Source: Tubulanus polymorphus (lineage: Eukaryota; Animalia; Nemertea). Taken from it: a DNA stretch of 64,000 nucleotides. Below the pieces are notes generated by a model, which was not told the origin of the DNA, made no database searches, and worked only from the letters and a program-made list of their open reading frames with translations. The position numbers and the translations under genes were made by a program. Positions 24,547 through 38,100 of the stretch are shown here, piece by piece (within the stretch, counting starts at the first letter, position 1; every line of letters starts with the position of its first letter). The DNA is taken from the NCBI RefSeq assembly GCF_964204645.1, contig NC_134031.1, positions 14,991,807 through 15,055,806 of the forward strand, read 5' to 3'.

Positions 24547-26187
24547 CTTCTACTAAAATATAAACAGTAATTACTGAGTGAGGGGTCTCTATCCCCCAAT
24601 GCTAGGCATAGAGATACTAGGGGGTCTTACCAGATCTTGAAAGGAAACTACATATTGACAGGGGTAGTCTGAATAGACTTTGAACAGGCTTTTTGGAACA
24701 ATGGCTAGATACTAGACTAAGACTGAGGGACTGGATTGCAGGCAGAGCACAGGGACACAATCATCATCATCAATATCACAGACTTATGGATACCTGTTGA
24801 GGCCTATTGGTGTCTGGCTCGTTTGGTAATTAACATAAATTTAGGTGACGGTTTAAAATATTTCTCATGCAGCCATAGTTTGATATGCACCTAGCCCATC
24901 TTAAAGATGGGCGTTAAATGTTCTTTACATCAAATAGAATGGTTGCCAAGTATTGTAACATTACATGACTAGTTAAAAATATTGATATCAATAATCTATC
25001 ATTTCGAGTTTAGATTTTAAAGAATAATAAAGTTATCTATATATAGTTAATAAGTTCTAATAGTTTTTTAGAGAAAGACTTTTGAGATTAGTTATCCATA
25101 CTCAAGTTATCTAAATAAGTTTTTTCCACATTGATAAAAAAATGTGATATCAACATTTAGATGTAGCATGAATATTATAAATTAAGTGTCGTTTTTTAGG
25201 TATATATTGTTCTGTTCCGGTACACATCCATGCTGTAGTTGGGTTCCACTCTTCTTCTTGACATGCTGTTGTTGCTCCTTTTTTGTTCTGTTCTTAGCTA
25301 ACTGGATCCCGTTGAGTGTTGAAGGTTCGGTCCTTTTTAATTTTATTGGGAGATGAATTCTCAATAAGAAACGGAATAAGGAACAAGTAATGAACCTCAC
25401 TGGGGTCAGGAAGATGTTGTTTCTGTTAAATATGTAGAAGTTACATGGAGCTAAGATGTTCATTCTTCCTTCCATCCCCTGGTCACTAGGCACCTTCAAA
25501 AGTATTTTGACCCCAGTATCCTGGGTACTAAAGGCTATATGAAGTCTTTTAACATTTTTTCTATGGTATCTTTCTTTTTTAAATTTTCCAGGATTCTTAA
25601 TATCTCTTCTAGGATACTGGGGTCAAAATCCTTTTGTGTCAAGTCCCTGTGGCGGTGGTGCTTAAAAATTTAAAATAATTTTGATTGGTTTGTAGTCTTA
25701 GTAGAGCCATACACAGGCTACCACAAGTCGAAGGCCACGTATTTTATGGATCATTTAGGGCACAGGTGGTTAATGGTGTATTCGGTACTGAATTCATTTT
25801 CTTACCTACTTCATAAATTCATTTTAACCGCAACAAATGCAAACAAACACACGTGTAGGTATTTACTATCAGGGACATACACTAATAGTGGACGGCTTGT
25901 AATGTTCAGCCGTCCACTATTCGATGATGTCCCCTGTGACCAGGTGACGGTGGGACTGAAAGTTCATCCATAATGCGCGGGTAATTTAGACGTCGCTTAC
26001 GAGAATATATCGTAAATCTTCGGAGAAAGGAATGCCGAGAGGTTTTAGCTTCTTGGGTAAGGGTTATTGGGCTGTTTGCATCGATTCCGACGATAGTCAG
26101 TAACTTGTCTGTCTGTGTAGTTAGTTTCACCACCACGTCCACAATCCCACATTTTCACAAGACGCAAGCCCATCTTAAATTTAGTCT

Positions 26188-26666
26188 CAGGCGCGGATCC
26201 AGACTATCGCACATGCAGCACGTGCGGTAGTCGCAGTTTTCAAACCAAATGCCCTTGAAAAATTTATGTTTCGGGAAAAAAGTAGCCTAAAAAAAAGGGC
26301 ACACAATTTGTGCATCAAAAAAAAATAATTGCCTTTCTGTACTAGGCCTAAAGCAAAATGTGAATGAAATAAATTGCCCAAAATCATAAAAGGCAATCTA
26401 AGGCATTTTTTACTCAAAAGGGCACTATTCTAAAAAATAAATTATTGACGCTCCATAAATTTAATCGAAAAAGGGGACATTTTGACCAAAAAATCTAAAA
26501 AAAAGGCATAAAGCGAATTGAATGTGAAGACAAATTTAGTGGCATGATACCAATGAATGTCACTCAAACTAAACTCACTCGCTGGGCATAAACGCTGGCC
26601 CTTTTCAAAGTTGGTGCCCTTTTTTCACTGTGCTGTAGTCACTGTATGACCCTGGAAACGCGCCTG
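26188..26666. mobile_element. TIR element (CAGGCGCG) inserted into a TAGTC-family repeat
   Basis: CAGGCGCGGATCCAG ... CTGGAAACGCGCCTG with AGTCT on both sides. Confidence 0.6.
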
Positions 26667-28998
26667 AGTCTAGTACCTAGCCGTTGTTCCTCAGGGAACC
26701 CGTAACAACGACTGGTATTCAGACTAAAGCCCATCCGATTAAAAGCTTACCACCAAACGTTTAGGTAACCAGGGAAGTGTAATGGATAAACCATTACTGA
26801 GGAGCAAAATGAAGCCCCAATGAAATAAAAAGGGCGGAGGGCTCGACTCCTGATTGATTGGTCAGAGCTGGTCACTCGTCGGCCTATAGTTAGTTACCTC
26901 AGGGAAGTGGTTCTCCGCTCATTACACTTCCCTGGTTTATCTGAACATCAAAGGCAGATTTTAGGGTCCGTCGTTCCCAAGCAACCCGTAACAACGACTG
27001 GTATTCATGACTAGGTACCGGGTATGTCTCACATAAGTAGTCTGAATACCAGTTGTTTTTACGGGTTCCCTACCAGGGAATGATGCCTAGGTACTAGACT
27101 CCTCACATGAGACACTCAAAAAATCTAAACTGACCTTTTTGGAAAGGCAGAAGAAAATTCGAAATGAATGTGAAAATTTTTCAAATGTTTATATCGGGCA
27201 AAATTTCCTGAGGGTGTGCCCATGACTTTTACAGGTCGCTGGGGTCGATTCCTGTGCTTCTTTTTGAGAAAAGTGTCCTCTTCTCTTTGGTGAGGCAGTC
27301 AAAATTGGACTCTGGATCCGGCCCTGAACGTTGAATTGTAACTCTTCAATCCATGCCTACAAATGAAGCCCCAGACCCCTGTGAAGCCCCGCTAGGCCTC
27401 TATTGAAGCCTCAAACTAGACCTACCCACCACCCCAAAGCCTCCAGACCCCCCACTAGATAAATCAGTCTAAATATCGGTCCATTTTTTGCACCAAGTGG
27501 CAGTAATTGAGAATTATTCAATCAATTATTCTGCGGTTAACCGCATTTTTTCCACGTCCAAACATAGATTATGAATTACGTCAATTAGAAAGATTAGATT
27601 TACTGTTGCACAGTCTCTGTTAGTGTATTAACCTATAATAGCAGCAGCGACAATGAAAGGAATTTTGTTAAGTGTGTAAATCTTAACTCCAGGGCACCAT
27701 CCACCAGCAGCAGACCTAGTAGCCTAAATAGTTCTCTGCGGGGGATAAAAATTCTGCCATGTCATTTATCAATCTGCAGCTACTTAGGGAGAATTCTTAT
27801 TTCAGCGAGTAAAAATTTCAACGTTATTTTGTCTGTCTTTTCAGTTAAAAAAGAATCGATGAGATGAATTACTTGAATTCACAACATCTTGACCACCTCG
27901 ATGATTGCCTTTGGGTAAGTCGTAATGAAATATGTTTCGAAAATTTCTACGAGACTAAAAATTCGCGAAAACCAGACAGATTTAGGGGAACTAGACTAGT
28001 CCATCTCCTTCAGATTTCGAATGCGCCCGCCGTGAATTTTTCTCCTGCAAAGTTTTCAAAAATTTTAGATAGAAAAAATAGAAAATAAATCCAAATAGGC
28101 CTCCGCACTGAAAAGCATCTTTTCACCCTAAATTTTCACAAAAAGTTCCCCGGGTTCCCAAGTTCGAGTTCATTTATTTCACAGAAAAGAACATGTACAA
28201 CATTTGAGAAAAGTTTGACAGGATTGAGAGAAGTTTGATTTTTTAATAGGTGTATATAAATATGCTAGAAGAAATGAATATTACGTGTGTGTAATCTATG
28301 AGGGCCAAGCAAAGCCCAAAAGGCCGCTAAAGCGAGCACCCAGACCCTCCATTGCTTACATTGTCAAATTTGCCTTTTCCAAATAAAGTCTCCTTTAAAA
28401 AAATCCTAGATCGGACAGTAAACTATGCACCGAATCCGGGATTTCAGATCTCGCGTTAGAAAAAAAAGACGGAGAAGTGCGTTTCTGTTTGAGTCGTGGG
28501 AAATGGGGCCACGCCGATACTGAGGAGGAGACGCACAGTTATGATTATATTTATGAAGTACCCTGCTGAGAGTCAGTAGTGTTTCCCTTCATTTTGTTTA
28601 TCTCCGGAAGTTTTTTCCACCGCTGATAAAATGTCACGTTGGACATTTTTTCGAACCGGTAATTATCAGGGGAACTGAAGATATTAAGACCGGGAATTAT
28701 GTTTTAGAGTCTATTAACGGAAATATTCGATTTTCTACGCCGTGATTGTTCTGACGGTTCCGATGGTTCTAACGTCGACTGAGAATCCTCGCTATGAAAC
28801 CGAAGGCGTGTGGAATTCGATCAATACATATAGCCCACTTTCTTAATGTAGTAGTCAAATAAATGCGAAATATGAATTTGCAATTGAGATAGATGGACGA
28901 TCGGACTTTTAAAACTATAGATACGACGTAATGATTGACGGTGTATTAGCGGTGATTAGTCCAGTCTAAGTAATCTCTTGATTTATGGAAGACTAAAC

Positions 28999-29268
28999 CA
29001 GAGGCGGATTTAGGAAATTTGGAAGGGTCCAGAAGAAAATTGAAGGCATTTCTCGGATAAAGCAGCCATTTCATAGGCTGCTAATGTGTTGCCATCCTCG
29101 TTACCGGTATTAGATATTATTGAAGAAATGCATGCGGAAATATGACATTTCTGAATGGATGAGTTTCAGACAAGCAGGTTTTAACGAGCTTTGACTTGGC
29201 GAAAAGGGCAAGCTCAATGGGAAGGCAGGGGTCCGGACCCCAGAGAACTCCCGTTAAATCCGCCCCTG
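28999..29268. mobile_element. hAT-like MITE (CAG(A/G)GGCGGATTT TIR)
   Basis: CAGAGGCGGATTTA ... TAAATCCGCCCCTG; related fragment near 7621-7682. Confidence 0.6.
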
Positions 29269-32148
29269 ACTGAAAGATTCTCCCGGCTGGACTTAATACA
29301 TTGTTTTTTGAATTTGGCGATTTGTTGATTCAGGCTGGAGTTCAAACACCCTGAAACCAATGTCTCTTAATTTTATGAAATTCACGGGGAAAATTTGAAT
29401 CGGAATTTAATGAAAACATGTTCTATTCCGTTGACGAGTATTTTTGTTGCGGTTTGCGATGGAGAAAAAAAAACCCGCACGACTTCCGAATATTATAAGA
29501 AAGAATGTCGTCGTCTTCGTTGTTTGTGGTTTTCCGTTTTTCTTGACTGGGGGAAAAAACTAGTCGTGAAAAGTACATCCAGCTCTCACCCTTATTTTTT
29601 CTGGTAGGGTGCTGAAATCATCTTTTTCATGGCCACATCCACATATAGCTGAGTTGTAGTACGTGCTGAGGTCAGATACGTGATTCGACTCTTTTTTTGC
29701 AGGAGACACCGAAGAAAAAACTTATGTTTCAGTCGGCAACGTGGGTTACCTCGAACAACATGTGGTTTTGATTTTGTGTTGACTGCGTCTGCGGTAATGT
29801 CTAGTTTTTATCGGAGTATCAAGCTTGGGAATTGAGTCCTGCGATGGGCGCTCTCTGCTGCAAAATTTTACTAAAACAAGAGTTTCGAATGTTTTACTCG
29901 CATTTAAAAAGGCGGATCCGGCGTTCTGAAAAAGGGGCACGAATGAAAGCAAGACGACGGCGAAGCCGTTTTAGGGCGAAGGGGGACTGGGGGCCCTCCC
30001 CCAAAAAATTACGTAAAAATAGACGCAATGAGGTTACATTTTGAGCGTACTTTTGCAATAAAATTGAAAATAATTCATTTGGTGAAGAAGATTTGGTCAA
30101 TCCTCCAATGCAATTTAAATTTGCGGCTGCCATCAAGCAAACTAGTTTTCATTTATATATACATGTACCGGTATATAGTGGGGCTTGGCAAAAAATAGGG
30201 GGATTGGCCACTGTTTAAGATATGTGAAGAAATGAATATTAACTTTATAAGAAATGTAAAGTCTGTATATTTAAGTAATTTATGCAGGTTCAAAATAAAA
30301 TCATTTTTTCTCTTATTTTTGTTTAACAAATTCATAGTTGCCACACCAAAAATATGGAAATGTATCATAATTTTCATTTTTTTACAAACAGAGCCATCGA
30401 CAGCCTGAGACGATGATCCTCGTACGACCTGTGTTCCCCCCATGGCAACCCTCATGACTCATAATGAATGACAAGCGTCGATGTATTTTTTTCGTTGCTG
30501 CTGTTGCTGTCTTTATCTTGCAAGCGTCAGAAGTGAATTCGCCTCATTCCAACTCAGGCCGCGGTTGGAATCATTGGTGCTGTGTTTGTTCAATCCAGAT
30601 GCCAACCTGATAGGGCCAGCACTTTGCTGGGTCCTATATGGCGCCGTATGTGCGACGTCAAATAACGTAAGTTCATTTTCTCCCGTTTTCGTTCATTATT
30701 TTCATCGCGATTTTAGATTCAGGAAAATTGATGATCTGAACACTGTACAGTGTGAAACATCCGAAACGGTCAGTTGCTTAAAAGTTGGCTAAAGATAACC
30801 GGCGTATAAATACCATAGAACTTTTAATCGTCATTATGTCAATTATCCACTGGTTAACTCTTAACAACTTTTAAGCAACTTCTGACCCCTGCTTTCCTGT
30901 AAAACGTATGGACTGTAGGTGCAGTTTTCACACTAATCTTTAAGCGCTCGGGAACAGTTTTTTAAATGAAACAAATTTTCGTTGTTTATTATTAGCATTT
31001 TTTCTCGTTATTTTGTCTGATTATCTCAATTCTTCGTTTGGAAGAAACGTCGGGTCACGGTTCTTTTTGATAATATTTTTTGTTCGTCAACGATAGCTAT
31101 ACAGAGTGGGTCCAGTTGCTCTAAAAGTTTGAGTTTAGGGTTTTGAGTGAATAGATAGTTCATAGAAGTTTTGAAGTCGGAAATCCACTGGTTAACTTTA
31201 AACAACTTTTGACCGGAAGTTTCAAATTTCATTCCTAAAATGATAAAACAAACTTTTCTGATCGATTTTATAGTCAATTTCACGTCCTGTAAAAATGTTT
31301 CTACTTTCAAGCAATTTCTGAACATTGAGTTATGTTAGTCTCAAATCTCAAAATTCTGTTCGACGTCATTAGATTTTATTCTTTAAAATTCTGATCTCTC
31401 TTTTGCGAAATAATGTCTTTTTCTAAATCCATTTTACTATATTCTTCAAAATCATGGTCACAAGTTCCTGCGATCGAAAAGAACAAATTCTTAAGAAATG
31501 CGTTTATTATAGCGAATTCTAAAGATCCATCGAGATCAAACCTAAAAGTTCGGATGACTTTTTTCGACCATAAAAATTCTGATTTCTTAGAAGTGAAATC
31601 GCGCGACTAAGATTCGTCTGTTACTTTCCTATTGGATGAAAAACACTCGGGAAATCATAATAAACTCATAAAACCGATGATAATCATATCACAAGCAGTT
31701 TAAAACCTGCTCGCTCGAGTTGAGCAGGTTCAGATGTGGTAGTGGCAGTCGCTGTAGGTGGTTCATTTTTTTTCGCACCTCTGAAAATCTATTCTTAAAA
31801 TAGAAACTTTTCATTCGTTGACTTCTAAGTGGCTTTCGATGTTATTACCTTTCATTCAATTTGGATCGTTTTTCATTTTCTACAAAATGAATTCTTTTTA
31901 AGCAGATACTAATTTTTAATCGATTTGTCTGAGCCTTGTTCAACTAACTATTTACTGTTTGACTCCTCATTACGTTTTTAATTGTTTTAATGGTTAGATA
32001 AAATCATTTTTAGATATCGGTAACTTTTCCATTTAGAATAGCAATACATTTTTGCTGATTTTTCTGATTTATGAATTTCTCTGATTGTTTTTTGCAGATT
32101 TTGGTTGAGACGGCACAAAGTACGGATTGATTTGAGGTGAGGCACGTT

Positions 32149-35100
32149 ATGCAGATAGTGAACGCAGCCTTGTGGCGGCCCACGTTACCACGACAACGAC
32201 GACAACAATACTCAACGACCACCGATCCCGCGGCGAGGTTATGGCTAAAAGCCGTGTACGGCATTTTGTTGGTGGTGCTGATATTCGTATCAGGCACAGA
32301 CCAGGCAAAAGTGCAGTTACCACCCGGTAAGTTAAAAACACTTTCATCAGATTTACGATTCTTTTAGCTATTTTTCACTAAAAGGTTTTTTCGGTTAGGG
32401 TTAGTTTAGATGATTCTTTGAGAATCAAACTTCATACTTCAGGTACAGCAAATATTCATCCTTCAAATGGTTGTTTGACATGAAATCATGGGTATGACTG
32501 TCTTTGACAATTGTGTACCAGAATTTTTCCTTAGGTTTAAGTTTTCTTTTCACATCTGAACAAAGGAACCAGTTTCCCAGTTAATCAGTTTTATATTTAT
32601 TGTTCAATTAGTTTAAACTCGTAAATGCATGGAATTCTAACCTAGCTAAATATAGCACCGTTAGTTTAACAGTTCTTCTTTGATTCTAGTTATAAGTTCA
32701 TTTCTACGAAGTCAAACTTTTTGTAATCTCAAATTTAAACCCCCAGAACTGAACAACTGGGGCCAGTTGCTCAAAAGTTTGGTTAAGATAACCGCCGGTG
32801 GATAAATGCCATTGTAACAATGAACTTTTAATTGTCTTTATGTCGACTAACCACTGGTCAACTTTATTCAACTTCTGAGCGACTGTCCCCAGGTTTATAG
32901 AGAATAGTTAATCAAATGGCGACTAACAATTCCCTGAATGATTTGTAAATCAAGTTTAGTCAATTTTTGTTACGAAAAATACCCCATTAGTTTATGAACG
33001 ACAAAAAGAATATTTCGGCAGTGTGAAGAATTTCCTGTGAATAGATTATGACTGAATTGTTGTTATAGTCTGATGTGTAATTATTATTAGGTCAGTGATT
33101 TTAAGGTTTTGTTGTTGATATTTTTTTCCCTATGAATAATAAAACTGAGACGACCAACGATGTTGTTTTATGAAGCAACAACGCTGTCTACATTCCAACA
33201 CGCGCATGCAACTTCGTTAGTTACGCTACAGTCCCGTTTAATTACCTAATCAATCAGACTGTTAATTAATTCATTAGTAATTAGGGAAGATTGATTTTTT
33301 AATTATGATAAACCTCTTCACAAAAAAAGGTTAAATGCCCTAGATAATTACAGCTTATTGTAATCAGAGGTTGATCATTTCCTGATGGTTTACGACAGGT
33401 TTTTTTGCGCTACTGATAAATGATGCGAAGGAACCTTGTTTTTAGATAAGACCCAGGTTTCAAACGTATATCAAAACATTTAAGGTTTGATATGAAATTT
33501 TAGACGAAACTGATTCAGAATTGATATTTCTATGGTTATCTAAAAGTTTATTTCACAGTGGCGTTGGAAGTGCAGCGACTGTTACGGCAATAATTTACTG
33601 AATGATGTTTTTTTTTCTTTGAATACCAAGTTTTTGAAGAAATTAAGTAAATTCGTCACGGCAATATTTAGAACCTGTCCAAAATCGGTATTTGGCCGCA
33701 GCAATCAAAAATTGCTTCCAACGCGCCTGTTTCATGAGAATATTTGAACTGGAATAAAGAAATTGGTTTCTTTTTGTGCGAAGTTTGCAGAAATCATTTT
33801 ACTTGAGAACGATTTCTGTCGTATATTTGAATCATGTGCAGGATATACTTTGAAGTCTGAAAGAGATGGAACTGCTTGAAGTTTTAGGGTCACAAACTTC
33901 AAACAAGAGATAAGGTTTTTTTTTCCGTGAAAAAAACGTTAGTCTAAACAAAGAGCCGGTTCGCGTATTGAGTAGAAACAGCTGTAGAGAAGAGATCTGA
34001 CACAGTTCTCATGAACGCCGAGGTCACAAACCCTTGAACCTCGTGAGTCTCCTGACCTCGATGACCTCACTGACTGTCTGCAGCCACGTAAAACAGCAAA
34101 AATAATCATCCACAATATAATCTCTTGACAGGTTTTTTTTTACAATTGTAAATAACCGGTATCAGTTTCCAGTTGTTCATACATGCGAAGCATTTGAAAA
34201 GAAATACATGGAGTTTATACAGAATTAATTATGAAATCTCTGAAAAATCTCACATTTCATAATTTAGTTAGTTTTGTAGTTGGATGTAGTTTCCGAGTTG
34301 GATATCGTCACAAAAAATTTTTATTTTCTCCCGAAATGATATTTCAATAGGTCTGTCCTGTAAACCAAGCTATTGAAAAAAGGGCCTAAAGATAAGATTT
34401 CTTCTAGCCAGGTTTGCCCCAAAGCCAGCTCATTTTCATAGGAAATTTTGAACTCTAGAAATCAGAATCTAGGAAACATGATGGCAGTGTTTTGATAAGG
34501 TTTTTTTTTTCGTTACAGGTTCTTTAGATTTAATGCTCGCCTTTAATCTTCCATCGACACCGACACGAGACAATGAAGGCGTCGCTCTTACCGACGGGTT
34601 ATGTCCCGAGCGTCCCGCCACCGTGGAAGATGAAGGGAAAGAGAAAGATAAACGCAAACTTCAACCCGATCAAGCTTACAAGATCTACGAGTTTTCAACT
34701 CTGACGTTTCCTGTCAATCAATATTTTACCGGCGGTAAGTTTCTAACTCCCACACCCCGGGTAAGCAGTTCATAGTGACCTACGCCCCCCCCCCCCCCCC
34801 CGGGTTCACAGTGCACATCGACCCCCTGGGTTCACTGACCCCTGAGTAAGCAGTCCATAGTGACCCATGGGTAAGCGGTCCACACTGACCCCCAGGTAAG
34901 CAGTCCATAATGACCCACGGGTAAGCAGTCAATACTGACCCTCGGGTCCACAGTTCACAGTGACCCTCGGGTCCACAGTTCACACTGACTCCCTGGTAAG
35001 CAGTAAGCAGTCCACACTTGAGTCAAGAAAGGTCTGGCCTGTAACGCAGTCCAGATTTAGTTCGCAGAAGACCACAATCAACCCTCGACGCACAGTCGCG

Positions 35101-38100
35101 GAGTCTAGGAATCCCAGATTCGTTTTCTTAAATTTTGCGTTCGTTCGTTTTTCAGATAACAATTTCCCGACCGATTTCTCGTTGGTTTTCACCGTTCGTC
35201 CCGAACAGAATAAAGACGGCAATCTGTTGACGATATACAGCGCGACGACGGCCGAAATCGCTCTCGGCGTTCGCATTGTTGACAAGAAACTCGAGTTCCT
35301 CTACGAAGACGATCAGGGGCGCCCCGGAATTTCGAAACCGATTCAGTGGGATCTGAACATCGCCGACGGGAAGTAAGTTTCGCGATTCACAGAATTTATT
35401 ACGAACTTCAGGATGTCCCGTAGGTCCGATTATGAAAATAGAAGAGTTGATCCAATACGACTGTCGACTCATTTTACTGACCTAAGTCAGTAGCCATTGG
35501 GGTATATCGCTAAAGTATAGTTATTTAGATAACTATATTTCGGAATCACTGCCACCTTTCCAGTGACATTCTTAGTTATTTTCAATTCAATTTTGAATCA
35601 TTCAATTTCACCCTTTTGATCGAGTATATGTCCATAAAAAATGTTTGTTGGCGACATATTATCAACGTCTTGTGGAGGGATGGTCTAAGTTTTCCACTTT
35701 GTAGAAATATTCATTTTCATGATTCAAAATTTGACAGAAAAAAAAAATGTTCGGTCCCCTCTCCTCTCATTGTCTGATTTCATCATTGTTAAAACAAGTG
35801 GTGTTTAATACAGCAGACTCTACTCAAATCATCTCAAATAGCATTCTTATAACTTCTATCCCTAGATTTGCAAACATATCTGGCATGATTTCATTCTTAA
35901 CTATGCTCAAGTGTGAAAAATGGCAACTTGTGATGATCAATTATTCCAGCTGTATCTACTCAATTCATCTTGTATCTTCATAAACGGCTAAAATTGTGTA
36001 ATTTCGTTTTTGCAGATGGCATCGAGTAGCCTTCAGCGTCAAAGGATCCCAAATAACGTTACTAAAGGAGGGCGAAGTGTATGGAGAAACTAAACAGCTG
36101 AATCGCAGTAGTACTGGTCATATTGATACTCAGGGCGTGCTATTTGTCGGGCAGCAAATCGAACAAGAGAATAATCATTTTCAGGTTAGAGAAACATTGA
36201 AGAAATGCCCAACGTTTAGAAAGAAAAAACGATGAGAATAGCTACGTTTTTACTCGATTCAATGAGCCATCTTAAAAACATCTTGAAATTAGCTTATGGA
36301 ATTGAGTCGAAATGTTGGTGTTTTCGTCAATTTAAGGTAGATCCATCTCTGAGATCTCCTGGCCATTCATCCACGCTATATAAGAAAATATATTATTATT
36401 ATCATTATCCATCTCTGAGGAGATCTTCTGACCTCCATTTCTCTCATCTTCTGACCATCTTCCAACCTTCCATCTCTTGAAGAGATATATTGTATCTATG
36501 TTGTATTTATATTGAAATGCGTTGTAATGAATCTATTATAGGGAGATATTCAAGACATTCTGATAATACCAGACCCAGGAGAAGCTTACTATCATACTTC
36601 TTACTTTACGCCAAACTGTGACAAAGCATTCAACATCTCATACACAGAGGTTAGTATTGAATCTGCTCTGCTCCGCTTGGAGAAGACAGTTGGAGTTTGC
36701 TCAGAGTATGTCATCAGTTTTTCAGTGTCTTGGCATTATTTATTTTGAGCCATTCTCGCACAATCATGACTTTAATTTGGACTTGATTTTATATCAGATC
36801 AGTCTTAGATCACTTTTGGACTCGGCCGTTTCAACTATTATCAATTCTCCATTCCAGTCTTCAAATATTATAGTTATCAAATTTATTTTGAATCTGTTAA
36901 TTTCAGGGTCATGATTACCGATTGGGAGGAGCTTTCGGAGGCGTCGAATACTACGGGCTCGGACAACCGATGCCCGGACCTCCTGGTTCGCCGGGAGCGC
37001 CCGGCCCGCCTGGTGACCCGGGTACGACGGGGTACCCGGGAAGAGATGGAATCCCGGGAGCTAGTGGTTTACCAGGACCTCCTGGACATGTCTTCCTGAT
37101 TCCCGTAAGTTAAAAAAAAAACTAAATAAACCGCAATTATTTGAGTTTGTTTTTGCGGGTATTTCTGTATGGTTTCTTTATCTTTATTTCTAGCTTCCTG
37201 CTGGAGTCGATAAAAATGGCGCCAATGAAGCCATGCAATTCAGACAATTACTCACACAACATATGGTAAGTGATTAAGCAATTTGGTGTAAGAAATTGGA
37301 TCAAGTTCCACGAAGTCAATGTTGAAATGTGACTCTATAACTTATCTAATCTAGAGCTAGGATTGTTGAGTTGTTTTTTCATTAAATCAGACCCTAGGTC
37401 GAGAACTCTTTTGATCTTAAAATAGGGGTTGTCCCTGTTATTTATTTGGGTGGGAAATTTCGTTTGATTTTTCGATTGAGTGCCCCTTACAAACCCACTA
37501 CACCTGCCCGAAGCGAAACAAGGGGTTTGATTTTGAAATCGGAAATCGAAGTACAGATATAGTTGTGTGATCATCGGTCGAGTTTACAGAATTTTTGTTT
37601 AAATTGTAGTACTTAATTGGGAAATTCGGTTCCGGTTCATTCAAACAATCTTCCATTCAGTCTGAACCGGCAAGCGACTGATTGGGGTGAATTTTCTTTG
37701 CTGCCCCACATGATAAAATAATGCAATTCGATTATTACAGATGACAATGAGAGGTCAAATAGGTGCACAAGGAATGAGTGGTCTTCCCGGACCACCTGTA
37801 AGTATCAACCGATTTAAACCATTATTCATTCAATGTTCAATGCTATAAATCCCAGATTTTCTATAACTAGGGTCCGCCTGGTTTGGAAGGTCAGAAAGGG
37901 CCCGAGGGCGACACGGGTGAGGCCGGAATAATGGGGCCTCGTGGACCGTTAGGCCCTCCGGGTCGAATGGGTAAACGTGGACGACCCGGTTTAGACGGAC
38001 CCCGTGGCCCTGGCGGAGTTGCCGGCCCTAAAGGAGAACGAGGGTACGGTGGAATGCCCGGTCTTCCTGGACATAAAGGTGAAAGGGTGAGTAGTGTTCC

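Noticed and set aside
25182-26142. Minus-strand ORFs of 105 and 78 aa upstream of the PIN gene
   Set aside because: No recognisable domain or consistent splice structure; embedded among repeat fragments.
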